From Promethearchaeota archaeon (GTDB lineage: Archaea; Asgardarchaeota; Lokiarchaeia; Sigyniarchaeales; SOKP01), in assembly GCA_019057795.1 (NCBI GenBank), contig JAHLWS010000065.1, forward strand, positions 1 through 64,000: a stretch of DNA of 64,000 bases. Direction: 5' to 3'. Shown one piece after another: positions 10,583-20,282 of the stretch. A program made the position numbers and the translations under genes. The notes under the pieces were generated by a model. That model did not search any database and was not told where the DNA came from. It was given only the letters and a program-made list of their open reading frames with translations. The stretch's first letter is position 1. Each line of letters begins with the position of its first letter.

Positions 10583-11782
10583 GTGATGTATACGAGCTTT
10601 AAAGTAAAAAATAACGTTTATTGGGTAGGTAAAGTAGATTGGGAACTCCAAAAATTCCATGGAGACGAATATTCCACGAATCGGGGCTCTACTTACAATT
10701 CCTACTTAATTAAGGAAGAAAAAATTGTACTAATTGATACTGTTTGGAAGCCCTTTTCGAAAGAATTTGTTGAGAATCTATCTAAAGAAGTTGACTTAAA
10801 TAAAATTGATTACGTTATTACAAATCATGCGGAGAGTGATCATAGTGGAGCACTTCCGGAACTCATGGAAAAAATACCAGAGACGCCAATATATTGTACT
10901 GCAAATGGCGTAAAGTCCATAAAGGGACATTATCATAAAGATTGGAATTTTCAAGTAGTAAAAACGGGGGATACGTTAGATCTAGGAAATGGTAAACAAT
11001 TAATCTTTGTAGAAATGAGGATGCTTCATTGGCCTGATAGTATGGCGTGTTATCTAACGGGAGACAACATCCTGTTCAGTAACGATGCTTTTGGTCAACA
11101 TTACGCCAGTGAATTTATGTATAACGATCTTGTTGATCAAGAGGAACTTTATGCGGAGTGCTTAAAATATTATGCTAATATTCTCACGCCTTTTAGTATG
11201 TTTGTTGATAAAAAAATCAAAGAGGTTTTAGATCTTAAAATCCCTATTGATATTATTGCAACAAGTCATGGTGTTATTTGGAGAGACAATCCAACTCAAA
11301 TCGTAGAAAAATATTTAACTTGGGCTAACGATTACCAAGAAGACCAAATTACAATATTATACGGTACAATGTGGGATGGAACAAAAAGAATGGCCGAAGC
11401 AATTACAAAAGGAATCCGTGAAATTGATAAGAAAGTTAATGTTAAATTGTATAACATAGCAAAATCCGATAAAAACGACTTAATTACAGAGATCTTTAAA
11501 TCTAGGATTATTCTTGTAGGATCACCTACTATTGGTGGAGGCGTTCTAACTGGTGTTGCCGCAATTTTGGAGATGATTAAAGAAATGCGTTTTAAAAACA
11601 AGAAAGCGGCGTCATTCGGCTGTTATGGCTGGAGTGGAGAATCAATAAAGATTATAAAGGAACATTTAGAAAAGAGCGGTTTTTCTATAATTAACGACGG
11701 TATACGCGCTATGTGGAACCCTGATGATGAAAGTATTGAAAAATGCGTAGAATTCGGTAGAGAAATAGCTAATACTAAATAA
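10583..11782 (+). CDS. fprA: Flavodiiron protein (FprA type, NO/O2 reductase)
   Basis: GSTYNSYL, NHAESDHSG, LHWPDSM, FSNDAFGQH, C-terminal flavodoxin domain with FGCYGWSGE. Confidence 0.92.
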   Translation: MMYTSFKVKNNVYWVGKVDWELQKFHGDEYSTNRGSTYNSYLIKEEKIVLIDTVWKPFSKEFVENLSKEVDLNKIDYVITNHAESDHSGALPELMEKIPETPIYCTANGVKSIKGHYHKDWNFQVVKTGDTLDLGNGKQLIFVEMRMLHWPDSMACYLTGDNILFSNDAFGQHYASEFMYNDLVDQEELYAECLKYYANILTPFSMFVDKKIKEVLDLKIPIDIIATSHGVIWRDNPTQIVEKYLTWANDYQEDQITILYGTMWDGTKRMAEAITKGIREIDKKVNVKLYNIAKSDKNDLITEIFKSRIILVGSPTIGGGVLTGVAAILEMIKEMRFKNKKAASFGCYGWSGESIKIIKEHLEKSGFSIINDGIRAMWNPDDESIEKCVEFGREIANTK

Positions 11783-11949
11783 TTATTTTTTTTAAAATTT
11801 TTTTTATTTCAAAATGTTAATGTATATAAGCAATTCATAATAATTATCGTAATATCTTCGTATTACCACAAGTTGTATATATGTTGTATATACAATTAAC
11901 AACTGTCCTCTAAAATAATTTTGCGTACTATGAACTTCTAAATGATTAT

Positions 11950-12450
11950 TTATTTCAGACTATTTTCATATTTTAACAAATCTAAAACTAATATGGAGAA
12001 GGTCTTTCTATCTTTAAACCATTCAAATCCTAAATTTATTTTTTCTAAATAATAAGACTTCTTATCTAGTGAAGTTTCAATTAATAAAAATCGGCAAGCG
12101 ATTAATTTACTAGCTTCAAGCGCTTTCTTAATAGCAATGGTTATCATTGTGCGTCCGATATTACTTCCCCTAAAATTTTTATCTACGCCCATTCTCCCTA
12201 ATAGTACAATTGGTATTTTATCAATTCCATAGATACGAGCATCTCCAGTATTTAATTGGGACGCCAATATAGAGAAATAAGCAACTACTCTTTTATCTTC
12301 TTCATTGTAAAAGAGATATGTATTTGAAAGTTTTCTATATTGATTTGGAATTGCCAAATTTTTTAGGAAGTAATTGATATCATCGTCTCCACAATTGAAA
12401 TTATCGATCTTGTCAGATTCATCAATTATTTTTAATAACAGTTTACTCAA
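11950..12450 (-). CDS. GNAT acetyltransferase, AtaT/TacT-like toxin
   Basis: FNCGDDDINYFL and IPIVLLGRMGVDKNFRG motifs; overlaps the upstream small gene. Confidence 0.75.
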   Translation of the reverse strand: MSKLLLKIIDESDKIDNFNCGDDDINYFLKNLAIPNQYRKLSNTYLFYNEEDKRVVAYFSILASQLNTGDARIYGIDKIPIVLLGRMGVDKNFRGSNIGRTMITIAIKKALEASKLIACRFLLIETSLDKKSYYLEKINLGFEWFKDRKTFSILVLDLLKYENSLK

Positions 12451-12701
12451 GGCTTATTTTCTCTTGCTATTTCTTCTAATGAAATAGAAAAATTATTTTT
12501 CATAAGTCTTTCATAGAACTCATTCGCTGATCTAAATGCAGCTTTAGTTTTATCGCTAATTTCTTCATTTTCCAAGATTTCTTTCAATCTGTTTATATCA
12601 TCCTCAGTTTCAATTAGATCTTCATCTAAATGAAAGAATAAGTTTTCTTTAAGTCGTTCCTTTTCTTTTTCTAACTTCTTTTTCTCATTAATAGTAGTCA
12701 T
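12447..12701 (-). CDS. Putative antitoxin of the GNAT toxin
   Basis: 84 aa, highly charged, 4-nt overlap with the GNAT gene. Confidence 0.55.
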   Translation of the reverse strand: MTTINEKKKLEKEKERLKENLFFHLDEDLIETEDDINRLKEILENEEISDKTKAAFRSANEFYERLMKNNFSISLEEIARENKP

Positions 12702-12780
12702 CGTTATTATAATACTATTTTTTACTTAAAATTATAACTATTTTTTGGATTAGAATAATTAAATGGAGAAAAGAGTTTCC

Positions 12781-12794
12781 CTTTACGGGTAAAG
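12781..12794. promoter_or_regulatory. Palindromic putative operator CTTTAC-GG-GTAAAG
   Basis: Perfect 6-bp inverted repeat upstream of 12856; near-identical copy at 13394. Confidence 0.65.
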
Positions 12795-12818
12795 TAATAA
12801 TTATATTACTTAATTATC

Positions 12819-12852
12819 CATTTTAATTAACTATACATTTTAATTAACTATA
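12819..12852 (+). repeat. 17-bp tandem duplication
   Basis: cattttaattaactata twice, immediately before the 12856 start. Confidence 0.8.
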
Positions 12853-12855
12853 GAT

Positions 12856-13371
12856 GTGATCCTTATGGCTCCTATATCTGTTATAATTGCTCCAATATTA
12901 ATAAACTTCCTCCACAATGTATTTACTGCTTTGTGGATTGGGGGTATGTTGACGCTTGCATTTACCGTTTTACCTGCAATGAGGAAGGTTCTTGGTAAAT
13001 CCAAAGAAACTCAAGCATTGAATTCTATGATAAAGAAAAAACTTAGTGTGTTAACCTACATCAGTATAGTTGGATTGATAATTACCGGGTTACTTATGTC
13101 TAATAGAGCTGTATTATCTGGGTTATCCACGGGCTTTTTGAGCTTTGGAAATGAATACTCGACCCTTATGAGTATCAAACATTTGTTATACTTCGTGATG
13201 GTATTCTTAAGTTTGTTCCGCAGTCAGATTGTGGATAGAGTTAAGAAATTCACACCAGAACAGAAGCAGAAGCTCAATATGCTTACACTATTGCTGAATA
13301 TTCTTGCGGGATTATCGGTTCTGTTCCTCAGTTCATATGTTAGCGTACTTGCAGCGTTACCAACACCTTAA
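12856..13371 (+). CDS. CopD/DUF4149-like four-TM membrane protein
   Basis: FLHNVFTALWIGG, IITGL, IKHLL motifs and four hydrophobic helices. Confidence 0.65.
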   Translation: MILMAPISVIIAPILINFLHNVFTALWIGGMLTLAFTVLPAMRKVLGKSKETQALNSMIKKKLSVLTYISIVGLIITGLLMSNRAVLSGLSTGFLSFGNEYSTLMSIKHLLYFVMVFLSLFRSQIVDRVKKFTPEQKQKLNMLTLLLNILAGLSVLFLSSYVSVLAALPTP

Positions 13372-13393
13372 ATTTTTTTTTTTTATTTTTTCA

Positions 13394-13407
13394 CTTTACG
13401 GGTAAGG
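13394..13407. promoter_or_regulatory. Second copy of the putative operator (CTTTACGGGTAAGG)
   Basis: 13/14 match to 12781-12794, about 30 bp upstream of the HTH-10 gene. Confidence 0.6.
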
Positions 13408-13436
13408 TTTTTCTAAAAAGATAATTTTCTTTTATT

Positions 13437-14078
13437 ATGCCTCAAGATATTGTTCAAATTAGGCTTGAAATAGACATTCCTCATGATAAATGGCTATTCA
13501 AATTTAACGAAAAATATCCCGAATTAAATTTTTATATCCTATCTAAATTTCTTATAGAAGATAACGCTGGGATAACTTTATTCCAAATAAGAGGGCTATC
13601 TGTTAAACAATTTATTTCAGATTTTAAGGAACAATTAACCAAGAATTCTTCCCAAATCTTATTTGAAGGAAGTGATCTTGTAATTATGAACATTAGAGTG
13701 GTTGATCCATGGATTTTAAACACATTGATAAAAACTGAGCTTTTAATATTATATCCAATACTAGTAAAAGAAGGTAAAATAAGAATAGAAGCTATTACTA
13801 ATCGTTCTAAAGTTGATGATTTCTTAACAGAATTAGAAAAAAAAGGCATAAAAGCGTCCATAGGAAGTATAGGATACGGCTTTAAACCTACTTTACTCAC
13901 CCAAAGACAAAATGAAATATTAAATGTTGCTTATAAAAACGGATATTTTGATATTCCAAGAAAAATTTCATTAACCGAATTTGCTAATAATCTAAATATA
14001 TCTAAATCTGCTCTTTCTGAAACTTTGAGAAGAATTTTTAAAAGACTTTCTGATAATTATCTTAAATCTAACAATTGA
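13437..14078 (+). CDS. HTH-10 (bacterio-opsin activator type) transcriptional regulator
   Basis: LTQRQNEILNVAYKNGYFDIPRKISLTEFA...SETLRR. Confidence 0.88.
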   Translation: MPQDIVQIRLEIDIPHDKWLFKFNEKYPELNFYILSKFLIEDNAGITLFQIRGLSVKQFISDFKEQLTKNSSQILFEGSDLVIMNIRVVDPWILNTLIKTELLILYPILVKEGKIRIEAITNRSKVDDFLTELEKKGIKASIGSIGYGFKPTLLTQRQNEILNVAYKNGYFDIPRKISLTEFANNLNISKSALSETLRRIFKRLSDNYLKSNN

Positions 14079-14194
14079 ACCAAAATATAATATACAATTT
14101 TATCTTGAAGATGTTCGCTTTAAAATTTATATCCTATCAAATTTTAGACAGCTTAGTTCATTAGTAAAAAATAAAAAGTTAAGATGAAAAATAA

Positions 14195-14533
14195 ATGAAA
14201 ATAGTAGATGTTAAAGACGTTCAAATTGCTGATACGCCTCATAAAGTAGCAGTTAAAAAATTATTTAATTTTGAGCACGCAACAATCGTTCATATTGAAC
14301 TTAAACCGGGAGAGGCTCTTAAAAGGCACTTAACTCCTGTAGACGCATTTTTCTACGTTCTTGAAGGAAACGGTATTGTTGAGATTGGAAAAGAAAGAAA
14401 AGAAATTCAAAAAGATCAATTGATCTTCAGTCCTGCTAAAATATCTCATATATTGGCAAACGAATCTGACGATATATTTCGATTCTTAGTTATTAAAACT
14501 CCAACTCCTACTTCAGAAACAAAAATTCTTTAA
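14195..14533 (+). CDS. Cupin domain protein
   Basis: LKPGEALKRH...FYVLEGNG...PAKISH. Confidence 0.85.
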   Translation: MKIVDVKDVQIADTPHKVAVKKLFNFEHATIVHIELKPGEALKRHLTPVDAFFYVLEGNGIVEIGKERKEIQKDQLIFSPAKISHILANESDDIFRFLVIKTPTPTSETKIL

Positions 14534-14639
14534 AGATTTATATCTTTTTTTATATCTTATCCTTAATGTAAAAATAATTTGTTTGAGCAATAAAATTAAT
14601 ATTTATAATTACAGATGTAATTATTAGTGATGTGAAATT

Positions 14640-14903
14640 ATGAAAACATTACAAATTAGGTTACCTGAAGGTTTGTTGAATAAAATAGATAATTTCATAG
14701 AAAAAGGTTTATTTAAGAGTAGAAGCCAATTAATAAGAGAAGCACTACAGAAGTATATTTCAGATTTTAATTATGTAGGTACTTTGCCTTATATTATAGG
14801 TCCTTTCTCGCCAGCAGAAATAGATTTACTGAAAAAGGATCCCAAAGAACCGCTTGAGATTTCTATATCCCAACAAAATAATAAATATCTTAAAAATATT
14901 TAA
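14640..14903 (+). CDS. Ribbon-helix-helix (CopG-like) DNA-binding protein
   Basis: LQIRLPEGLLNKID...FKSRSQLIREAL. Confidence 0.8.
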   Translation: MKTLQIRLPEGLLNKIDNFIEKGLFKSRSQLIREALQKYISDFNYVGTLPYIIGPFSPAEIDLLKKDPKEPLEISISQQNNKYLKNI

Positions 14904-15372
14904 TCCACATTACCGCATCATTATTAGGATAGAACGATGGGATCTCTGAAACTTTGCGAAAACCCATATGGTTATAGAATAGTTCTCCCATATTGTTGCT
15001 TTTTTCCATAAAGAGATAAATAACTCGCAATTTATATCCAGCTTTAGAGAAATATTTTTTTACTTCATTTATTAACGATAATACTAAATCTCTTGCTATT
15101 CCTTGTCGTTTAAAATTGGAAGATGTGCCTAATCCAACTAATTCTATAACACCGTCATCCAAACCACCACGAGTATCCCATGTAATAGTTCCACGGATGT
15201 TTTTATCGCTTACGCAAATATTTGTTTTAAACCGATAAATTAAATCTTTAGCAAACTGTTGAGCGCGCTGTTGATGGTTTTCAACTTCGTCTAAATACAT
15301 CTTTACGAGTATATCCATGTCTTTTTCTGTAGCGTTTCTTATTATTTTATCCAAAAAATCACCTTCATTCAT
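14890..15372 (-). CDS. GNAT acetyltransferase
   Basis: FKRQGIARDL and FYNHMGF motifs. Confidence 0.8.
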   Translation of the reverse strand: MNEGDFLDKIIRNATEKDMDILVKMYLDEVENHQQRAQQFAKDLIYRFKTNICVSDKNIRGTITWDTRGGLDDGVIELVGLGTSSNFKRQGIARDLVLSLINEVKKYFSKAGYKLRVIYLFMEKSNNMGELFYNHMGFRKVSEIPSFYPNNDAVMWIKYF

Positions 15373-15393
15373 TCAATAAATCGTTTATTTTAA

Positions 15394-16362
15394 TTAAATT
15401 TGGGACAATAGTTCAATTAATGCCCTCGGAATTTCTCTGTAATTATTTACGGCAAAAAACTTACCTTGCCCCGCTTTAGCAATTTCTCTGCACGTATCGA
15501 TGCCGCTTGCGGCATCATTTTTGGCAGGTATCCCTATTACATGTAGTTTAGGATATTTTTTCGCTAATTCGATTGGGTTATCCCCTCTATTATAGTTACC
15601 GTCACTAATTAAAATTCCAAATTTGTTTCTTGTTCTTTCTTTAATTTTATCTAATTCTTTCAATCCTTTCTCTAAACCAATATTTATATTAGTAAACCCA
15701 ACCGCCTCAGAATCCAAGATTTCGTCGATTATTGTTATAATTGGCTTTTTTTCGTCAATTTTTTTTAGAACCATTGCGGTAGAGTTGAATAAAACTATAC
15801 CATAATCTTCTTTTTCCATATTATAGGCTAAAACGGAAGTAGTGAGAGCGGCATTAAGCAAAAGTTTGCCGTACATGCTTCCACTTGTGTCAAGAATCAG
15901 AATAATTTTCCTTTTCTGTCGTTGTCTTCTTATTCCGTAGATGTCTTTATAAGTTAAGCTTTTTTTGTAAATGTTCAATGGATTGTGCTGGATAGTTTCA
16001 TCCAAGTCAAACTCTGGCATCCCAATATGATAATAAGGGACAGTTTTCTTATAATTTCCTCTAATTCCCTTACTTGTTATTTTTAAAGAAGTTTTCAATA
16101 TGCTCTGTCTGGCTAGCCTTCTAAAAATTTTTTTGTATTTTTCTGAAATTGGGCGTCTTATAAAAAAGTAGACTTCTGCCATAGAGGTTTCAGAATTTTT
16201 TGCTTTTTCTGTGAAGAACTTCACGCCTTCGTCACAATCCAAAGCGTCGGTTGAGGCGTATACATTTGACTTAAGTAAGCCTAATATTGCTTCGAGATTC
16301 TTGTATTGAATAGCTAAGTAAGTCAGTTCCTTAATTTGTTTGTAGTCTAATGTATTTGCCAA
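15394..16362 (-). CDS. vWA-domain protein resembling the ChlD C-terminus; may be expressed as a frameshift fusion with the upstream ATPase
   Basis: MIDAS motifs ILDTSGSM, GFTNI, ISDG; the frame stays open upstream of the TTG into the 3' end of the ATPase gene. Confidence 0.85.
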   Translation of the reverse strand: MANTLDYKQIKELTYLAIQYKNLEAILGLLKSNVYASTDALDCDEGVKFFTEKAKNSETSMAEVYFFIRRPISEKYKKIFRRLARQSILKTSLKITSKGIRGNYKKTVPYYHIGMPEFDLDETIQHNPLNIYKKSLTYKDIYGIRRQRQKRKIILILDTSGSMYGKLLLNAALTTSVLAYNMEKEDYGIVLFNSTAMVLKKIDEKKPIITIIDEILDSEAVGFTNINIGLEKGLKELDKIKERTRNKFGILISDGNYNRGDNPIELAKKYPKLHVIGIPAKNDAASGIDTCREIAKAGQGKFFAVNNYREIPRALIELLSQI

Positions 16363-16505
16363 ATGCTGGTAATAATCTGGTTTTTTCCTTTTTTTCCGAA
16401 TTATTTCAAATCTTAAGATCTCTCCGTCGGGAATCCTTTCAGTAAGTCTAACATGAAGTCTTTTACTCTCAATCTCCTCGGAATCCTCCGCAGAGAAATC
16501 ATCGA

Positions 16506-17378
16506 TTATTGAAAATCCATTTTGTTTAAAACTGATAGTACAATATCTGTGATAATTTCGGTTTTAGAACTGGTTACGCCATCTTCAAGGTCAATCTTGT
16601 TATACAAAGCCATGATTGCCGCTTCGACCCAATTTTTTGAACTGTTTTCATTTTCCGATTTAGAAATTAACTCTGCCAAATCAATAGCGCCTCTTATCGA
16701 ACTACCCCTGCGAATTGAAGTAATATTTCTTGAAATTTGAACTATTTGTTGTGAAATCATTGCGATTTTATCGCTACTAGGATTACTCAGATTGGCTTCT
16801 TGTTTAATAATGAGAATTTCTTCTTCAGGAGGTTGGAAATCTAGTTTTACCCAAATAAATCTATCTTTTAAAGCCTCTCCTATAACGGTCACGCCTATAT
16901 GAGCAGCAGGATTTTGTGTGGCAATGACAAAAAACTTTTTATGAGCTTTAATTGTTTTTAGTTTAGGTATTTCTATCGTGCCTTCGTCTAATGCAGTTAA
17001 AAGAGAGTTTTGAGTGCTCTCAGGCATTCTGTTGATTTCATTAATAAAAAGACAGCCCCCTTTGAGCATCGATGAAGTGAGTGGCCCATAAACGTAAGCG
17101 TCTTCTATATAACCCTTTGAAATCACCATTGGTGGATCCCAATAGCCAACTAAATTATGAGCAAGCGTTTCTTCTGAACAGTCTATTCGAGCAAAACCAA
17201 TATCGTAATAAGAAGCAATAGCTTTTGCGATCCTGGTCTTACCAACACCTACAGAACCTTCAATTATAATATTTTTTCTAACTGTTCTTGCCAGAATAAT
17301 TTTTTTTAATTCTTCAGTTCTTCCAATGATTTTGTATTTACTTTGTATCTCTTTCACAATCTCAGAAGCATTTACCAT
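16506..17378 (-). CDS. MoxR-type AAA+ ATPase
   Basis: Walker A GSVGVGKT, Walker B-like FINEINR, ATQNP, EALKDRF, SIRGAI. Confidence 0.88.
   Translation of the reverse strand: MVNASEIVKEIQSKYKIIGRTEELKKIILARTVRKNIIIEGSVGVGKTRIAKAIASYYDIGFARIDCSEETLAHNLVGYWDPPMVISKGYIEDAYVYGPLTSSMLKGGCLFINEINRMPESTQNSLLTALDEGTIEIPKLKTIKAHKKFFVIATQNPAAHIGVTVIGEALKDRFIWVKLDFQPPEEEILIIKQEANLSNPSSDKIAMISQQIVQISRNITSIRRGSSIRGAIDLAELISKSENENSSKNWVEAAIMALYNKIDLEDGVTSSKTEIITDIVLSVLNKMDFQ
16524..16530 (-). other. Candidate -1 ribosomal frameshift slippery site T TTA AAC
   Basis: In-phase X XXY YYZ heptamer 5 codons before the ATPase stop; the -1 frame is open from here to the vWA stop. Confidence 0.6.
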
Positions 17379-17486
17379 GAAATTATTAATATTTCATTTC
17401 TAAAAAACTAAACTTAACAAAGTAAAAGGTTTATAAAAAATAAGAAGAATTTTTTAATTAACGAAGGATTTTAACTTAAGTTAATA

Positions 17487-19511
17487 ATGCCTCTAAATTT
17501 TGGGTTTAATAGAAAGGAAACGAAAAATGTGTGTCTTGTTTTTATTACATTAATTTTAATTTTGTTAGCAGCGAATTTTATAACAAATTTTATTAGTACA
17601 TCAAAGCAAAATTACGAACCGTCTTTTTCGATATCAGATAATGGTGTTAGTTTTGACATATTAGATTTTTGGGAAACTGAAATTGAGAGAGTAAATAATA
17701 CACCATTAAATATTGTTTTTGGCGAGAATCGTACCATAGAGCATGTTAACCCCATTTCTAACAAAATATTTAAATTCAAAGCCCAAGATATTAATTTTAC
17801 TTCACCAAATTGGGTTGGAGCACTGCAACAGAACATAACATTACGAGGTATTATACTTTATCCCAAAATTATTAAAAGTTCTAATCCAGGATGTTTATGC
17901 ATGCACGGTTTGAATGCAGAAATTGAAGATGCGTTTGAATTGGCGATTCCATATTTAGAAAAAGGTTTTGTAGTCTTATGCCATTCGCACCCAGGTCACG
18001 GCAATTCTGAAGGGGCTGAACCAGAACCAAATAACATTTTTTATACTGGAGCCTATAACGAATCAGCACATTTCTATCTAACTTTATGTGGGGCAATACA
18101 AGGATTAAGAGTGCTTGAAAATCTTTCATTTGTAAATAATTCTCAAATAATGGTTACAGGCAAGTCTTATGGCGGATTAAACGCTATGTGGCTCGCAAGT
18201 ATTGCGGGGGAAAGAATTGCGGGGATTTTAGCTTATATTTCGATTGGAGACATCGCTAAAAACTTACAGTATCCAGATAAATTAATTTTTTGGATTCTAG
18301 GGAAAAGTGCCGAAGAAATATCTGGTTCTTATTTAACAAACCAGCTTTTAAGGTTTGACCCAATATTCTACTTAAAATCTTCTAAACTTCCTCCGATCAT
18401 GTGGCAAATAGGAACAAACGACGATTTCTTTCATTATAGCTCAATTAAAAGCACTTATGAAACTGTCCGGCACTATAAGAAATTTCTTCAGATTTTTCCT
18501 AACGACCATCACGGTTTTCCAAGATTTGAAAATTCAACAAAATTTTTCATCGATTATATACTTAACAACGGTTCTGCTCCGCCTAAAATTAACATCAATA
18601 GCGATCGTAAGAATTATGGTTTACTTGGGGATAGTTTAAAAATTTCTTTAAGAGTAAATTCAACGGTGGAAATCGATTCGGTTCAAATCGTTTACAAATA
18701 TATAGATATAGTTGGATTTGTTTGGCAAAGGTTTAATCTTCAAAAAACGGGTGTAAACAATTGGGAAGGAGAACTAAATCCTGCAATAGTTAATTCACGG
18801 CTAGATTATTACATCATCGTAAATTTAAAAAATAAGAGTGATGTATGGTTTTCTTCTAATATTTTCTCGGTTGGAGTAATGATCAGTAATTACACAATCC
18901 CATTCGTAATTCTAATTTCATTTTTTATTATTGTTCCTTTCGCGTTATCAATCTGGAGAAAGTTTAACAAAATTTCAGAATCAGATATTGAGGATAAACT
19001 CGTCGCGAAACGGTGGTTACTTATTGAAGTCGTTTTAATATTTATCTTAGATTTGATTTATTACTTTGCTCTTATAATGCCTTGGATGGTATACGAAAGC
19101 GGAGGGGTTACTCTTTCGCATATATATTTCTTTAACAATTTATACACTTTGGAAACATTTTTTGGCGAAATAGCATCTCTATTAACAATTATCTTTTTTA
19201 TATCAGCTATAATTAACTCGAATTTAAACTTCATTAGCCCAATGAGTTCCGCTATACTTAAATTAATATATCCGACTATTGGGTTAATTTTTATTTGCGT
19301 AATGCCAATTCTTTCTGGTGTACTAGACCCTTCAAAGTTAATATCCAATTTTGGATTAATATTTCCTGGAGTCGGTCCTTTTTTAATGATAATTTCGGCA
19401 ATATCTCTGTTTTTTGTTGGTAATTGGGAAAGAAAGAACAAAATTAGAATTGGATTAAAAAAGAGGAATGAACGCTGGGAATCGTTAAAGCTAAGATTTA
19501 AATGGAATTAA
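17487..19511 (+). CDS. Membrane-anchored alpha/beta hydrolase
   Basis: N-terminal TM, HPGHGNS, nucleophile GKSYGG, GTNDDFF, DHH; several C-terminal TM helices. Confidence 0.75.
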   Translation: MPLNFGFNRKETKNVCLVFITLILILLAANFITNFISTSKQNYEPSFSISDNGVSFDILDFWETEIERVNNTPLNIVFGENRTIEHVNPISNKIFKFKAQDINFTSPNWVGALQQNITLRGIILYPKIIKSSNPGCLCMHGLNAEIEDAFELAIPYLEKGFVVLCHSHPGHGNSEGAEPEPNNIFYTGAYNESAHFYLTLCGAIQGLRVLENLSFVNNSQIMVTGKSYGGLNAMWLASIAGERIAGILAYISIGDIAKNLQYPDKLIFWILGKSAEEISGSYLTNQLLRFDPIFYLKSSKLPPIMWQIGTNDDFFHYSSIKSTYETVRHYKKFLQIFPNDHHGFPRFENSTKFFIDYILNNGSAPPKININSDRKNYGLLGDSLKISLRVNSTVEIDSVQIVYKYIDIVGFVWQRFNLQKTGVNNWEGELNPAIVNSRLDYYIIVNLKNKSDVWFSSNIFSVGVMISNYTIPFVILISFFIIVPFALSIWRKFNKISESDIEDKLVAKRWLLIEVVLIFILDLIYYFALIMPWMVYESGGVTLSHIYFFNNLYTLETFFGEIASLLTIIFFISAIINSNLNFISPMSSAILKLIYPTIGLIFICVMPILSGVLDPSKLISNFGLIFPGVGPFLMIISAISLFFVGNWERKNKIRIGLKKRNERWESLKLRFKWN

Positions 19512-19694
19512 CCTCGTTTTATGGATATAGTTTTGTGATCATATTTTCTCTAATGCACTATCAGATACTTACTATAAAGATTTTGAACTATTTATGAACC
19601 TAAAGCATAATCTTTTTTAACTTAAATGGTTTAGTGAAGTTTACTTTTAATCTAAAAACAATTTAATTTCACAAAATAATATAAGGTATTAAAA

Positions 19695-20216
19695 ATGGGA
19701 AAATCATCAGGAGTGGCATTAGCCTTTATAAGTTTGCTTATTGGGGCAGGAGGATTAGGAATTGGAGCGTATAGTTACTTTACATTTGGTACGCGAATTG
19801 CCGATTTAGAAGAGAGGTCTATTAAGGGTATATGGTACGAAGAATCTTTGGAAGATTGGTCTCCAACCGTCATAGATACAAATGAAACGATACCTAATCT
19901 TTCCATTACTTTTCAAGTAAAAGAAGGCGAATCTGTTTATTTTTTATTTATATCTAGAGCAATTATTTATCCCTATTCTGGTCATACATATTTACGTTTT
20001 ACTTTCAGTATTGATGGTACAATTTTATATGCGCCCTTTACCATAGCAGGTGGTTTGGATGTAGACGAATGGTATTCATATATTCCTGTTGCTCTTCAAT
20101 ACTCGACAGATTCTTTAGCAGCAGGTAACCATACTGTCTCTGTTATCGGATTGAAAACTATTAGTTCAAATCTTATTCGCCAAAGTACTTTATTAGTTCA
20201 AACGTACATACCATAG
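19695..20216 (+). CDS. Hypothetical membrane-anchored beta-rich protein
   Basis: 173-aa ORF with N-terminal TM; followed by a T-rich tract. Confidence 0.6.
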   Translation: MGKSSGVALAFISLLIGAGGLGIGAYSYFTFGTRIADLEERSIKGIWYEESLEDWSPTVIDTNETIPNLSITFQVKEGESVYFLFISRAIIYPYSGHTYLRFTFSIDGTILYAPFTIAGGLDVDEWYSYIPVALQYSTDSLAAGNHTVSVIGLKTISSNLIRQSTLLVQTYIP

Positions 20217-20282
20217 AATTTAAGAAATCTTATTTAACCTTTTTTTTTTTATTTTTATTTTTTATATAAAAATCCATTCATT

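Noticed and set aside
11872-11895. gttgtatat repeat and ttgtatatacaa palindrome
   Set aside because: Short, AT-rich and between convergent gene ends; not distinguishable from chance or a terminator.
16413-16502. 29-aa ATG ORF right after the ATPase stop
   Set aside because: It overlaps the open vWA-frame linker and shows no recognisable features; kept only as an alternative explanation for the frameshift finding.
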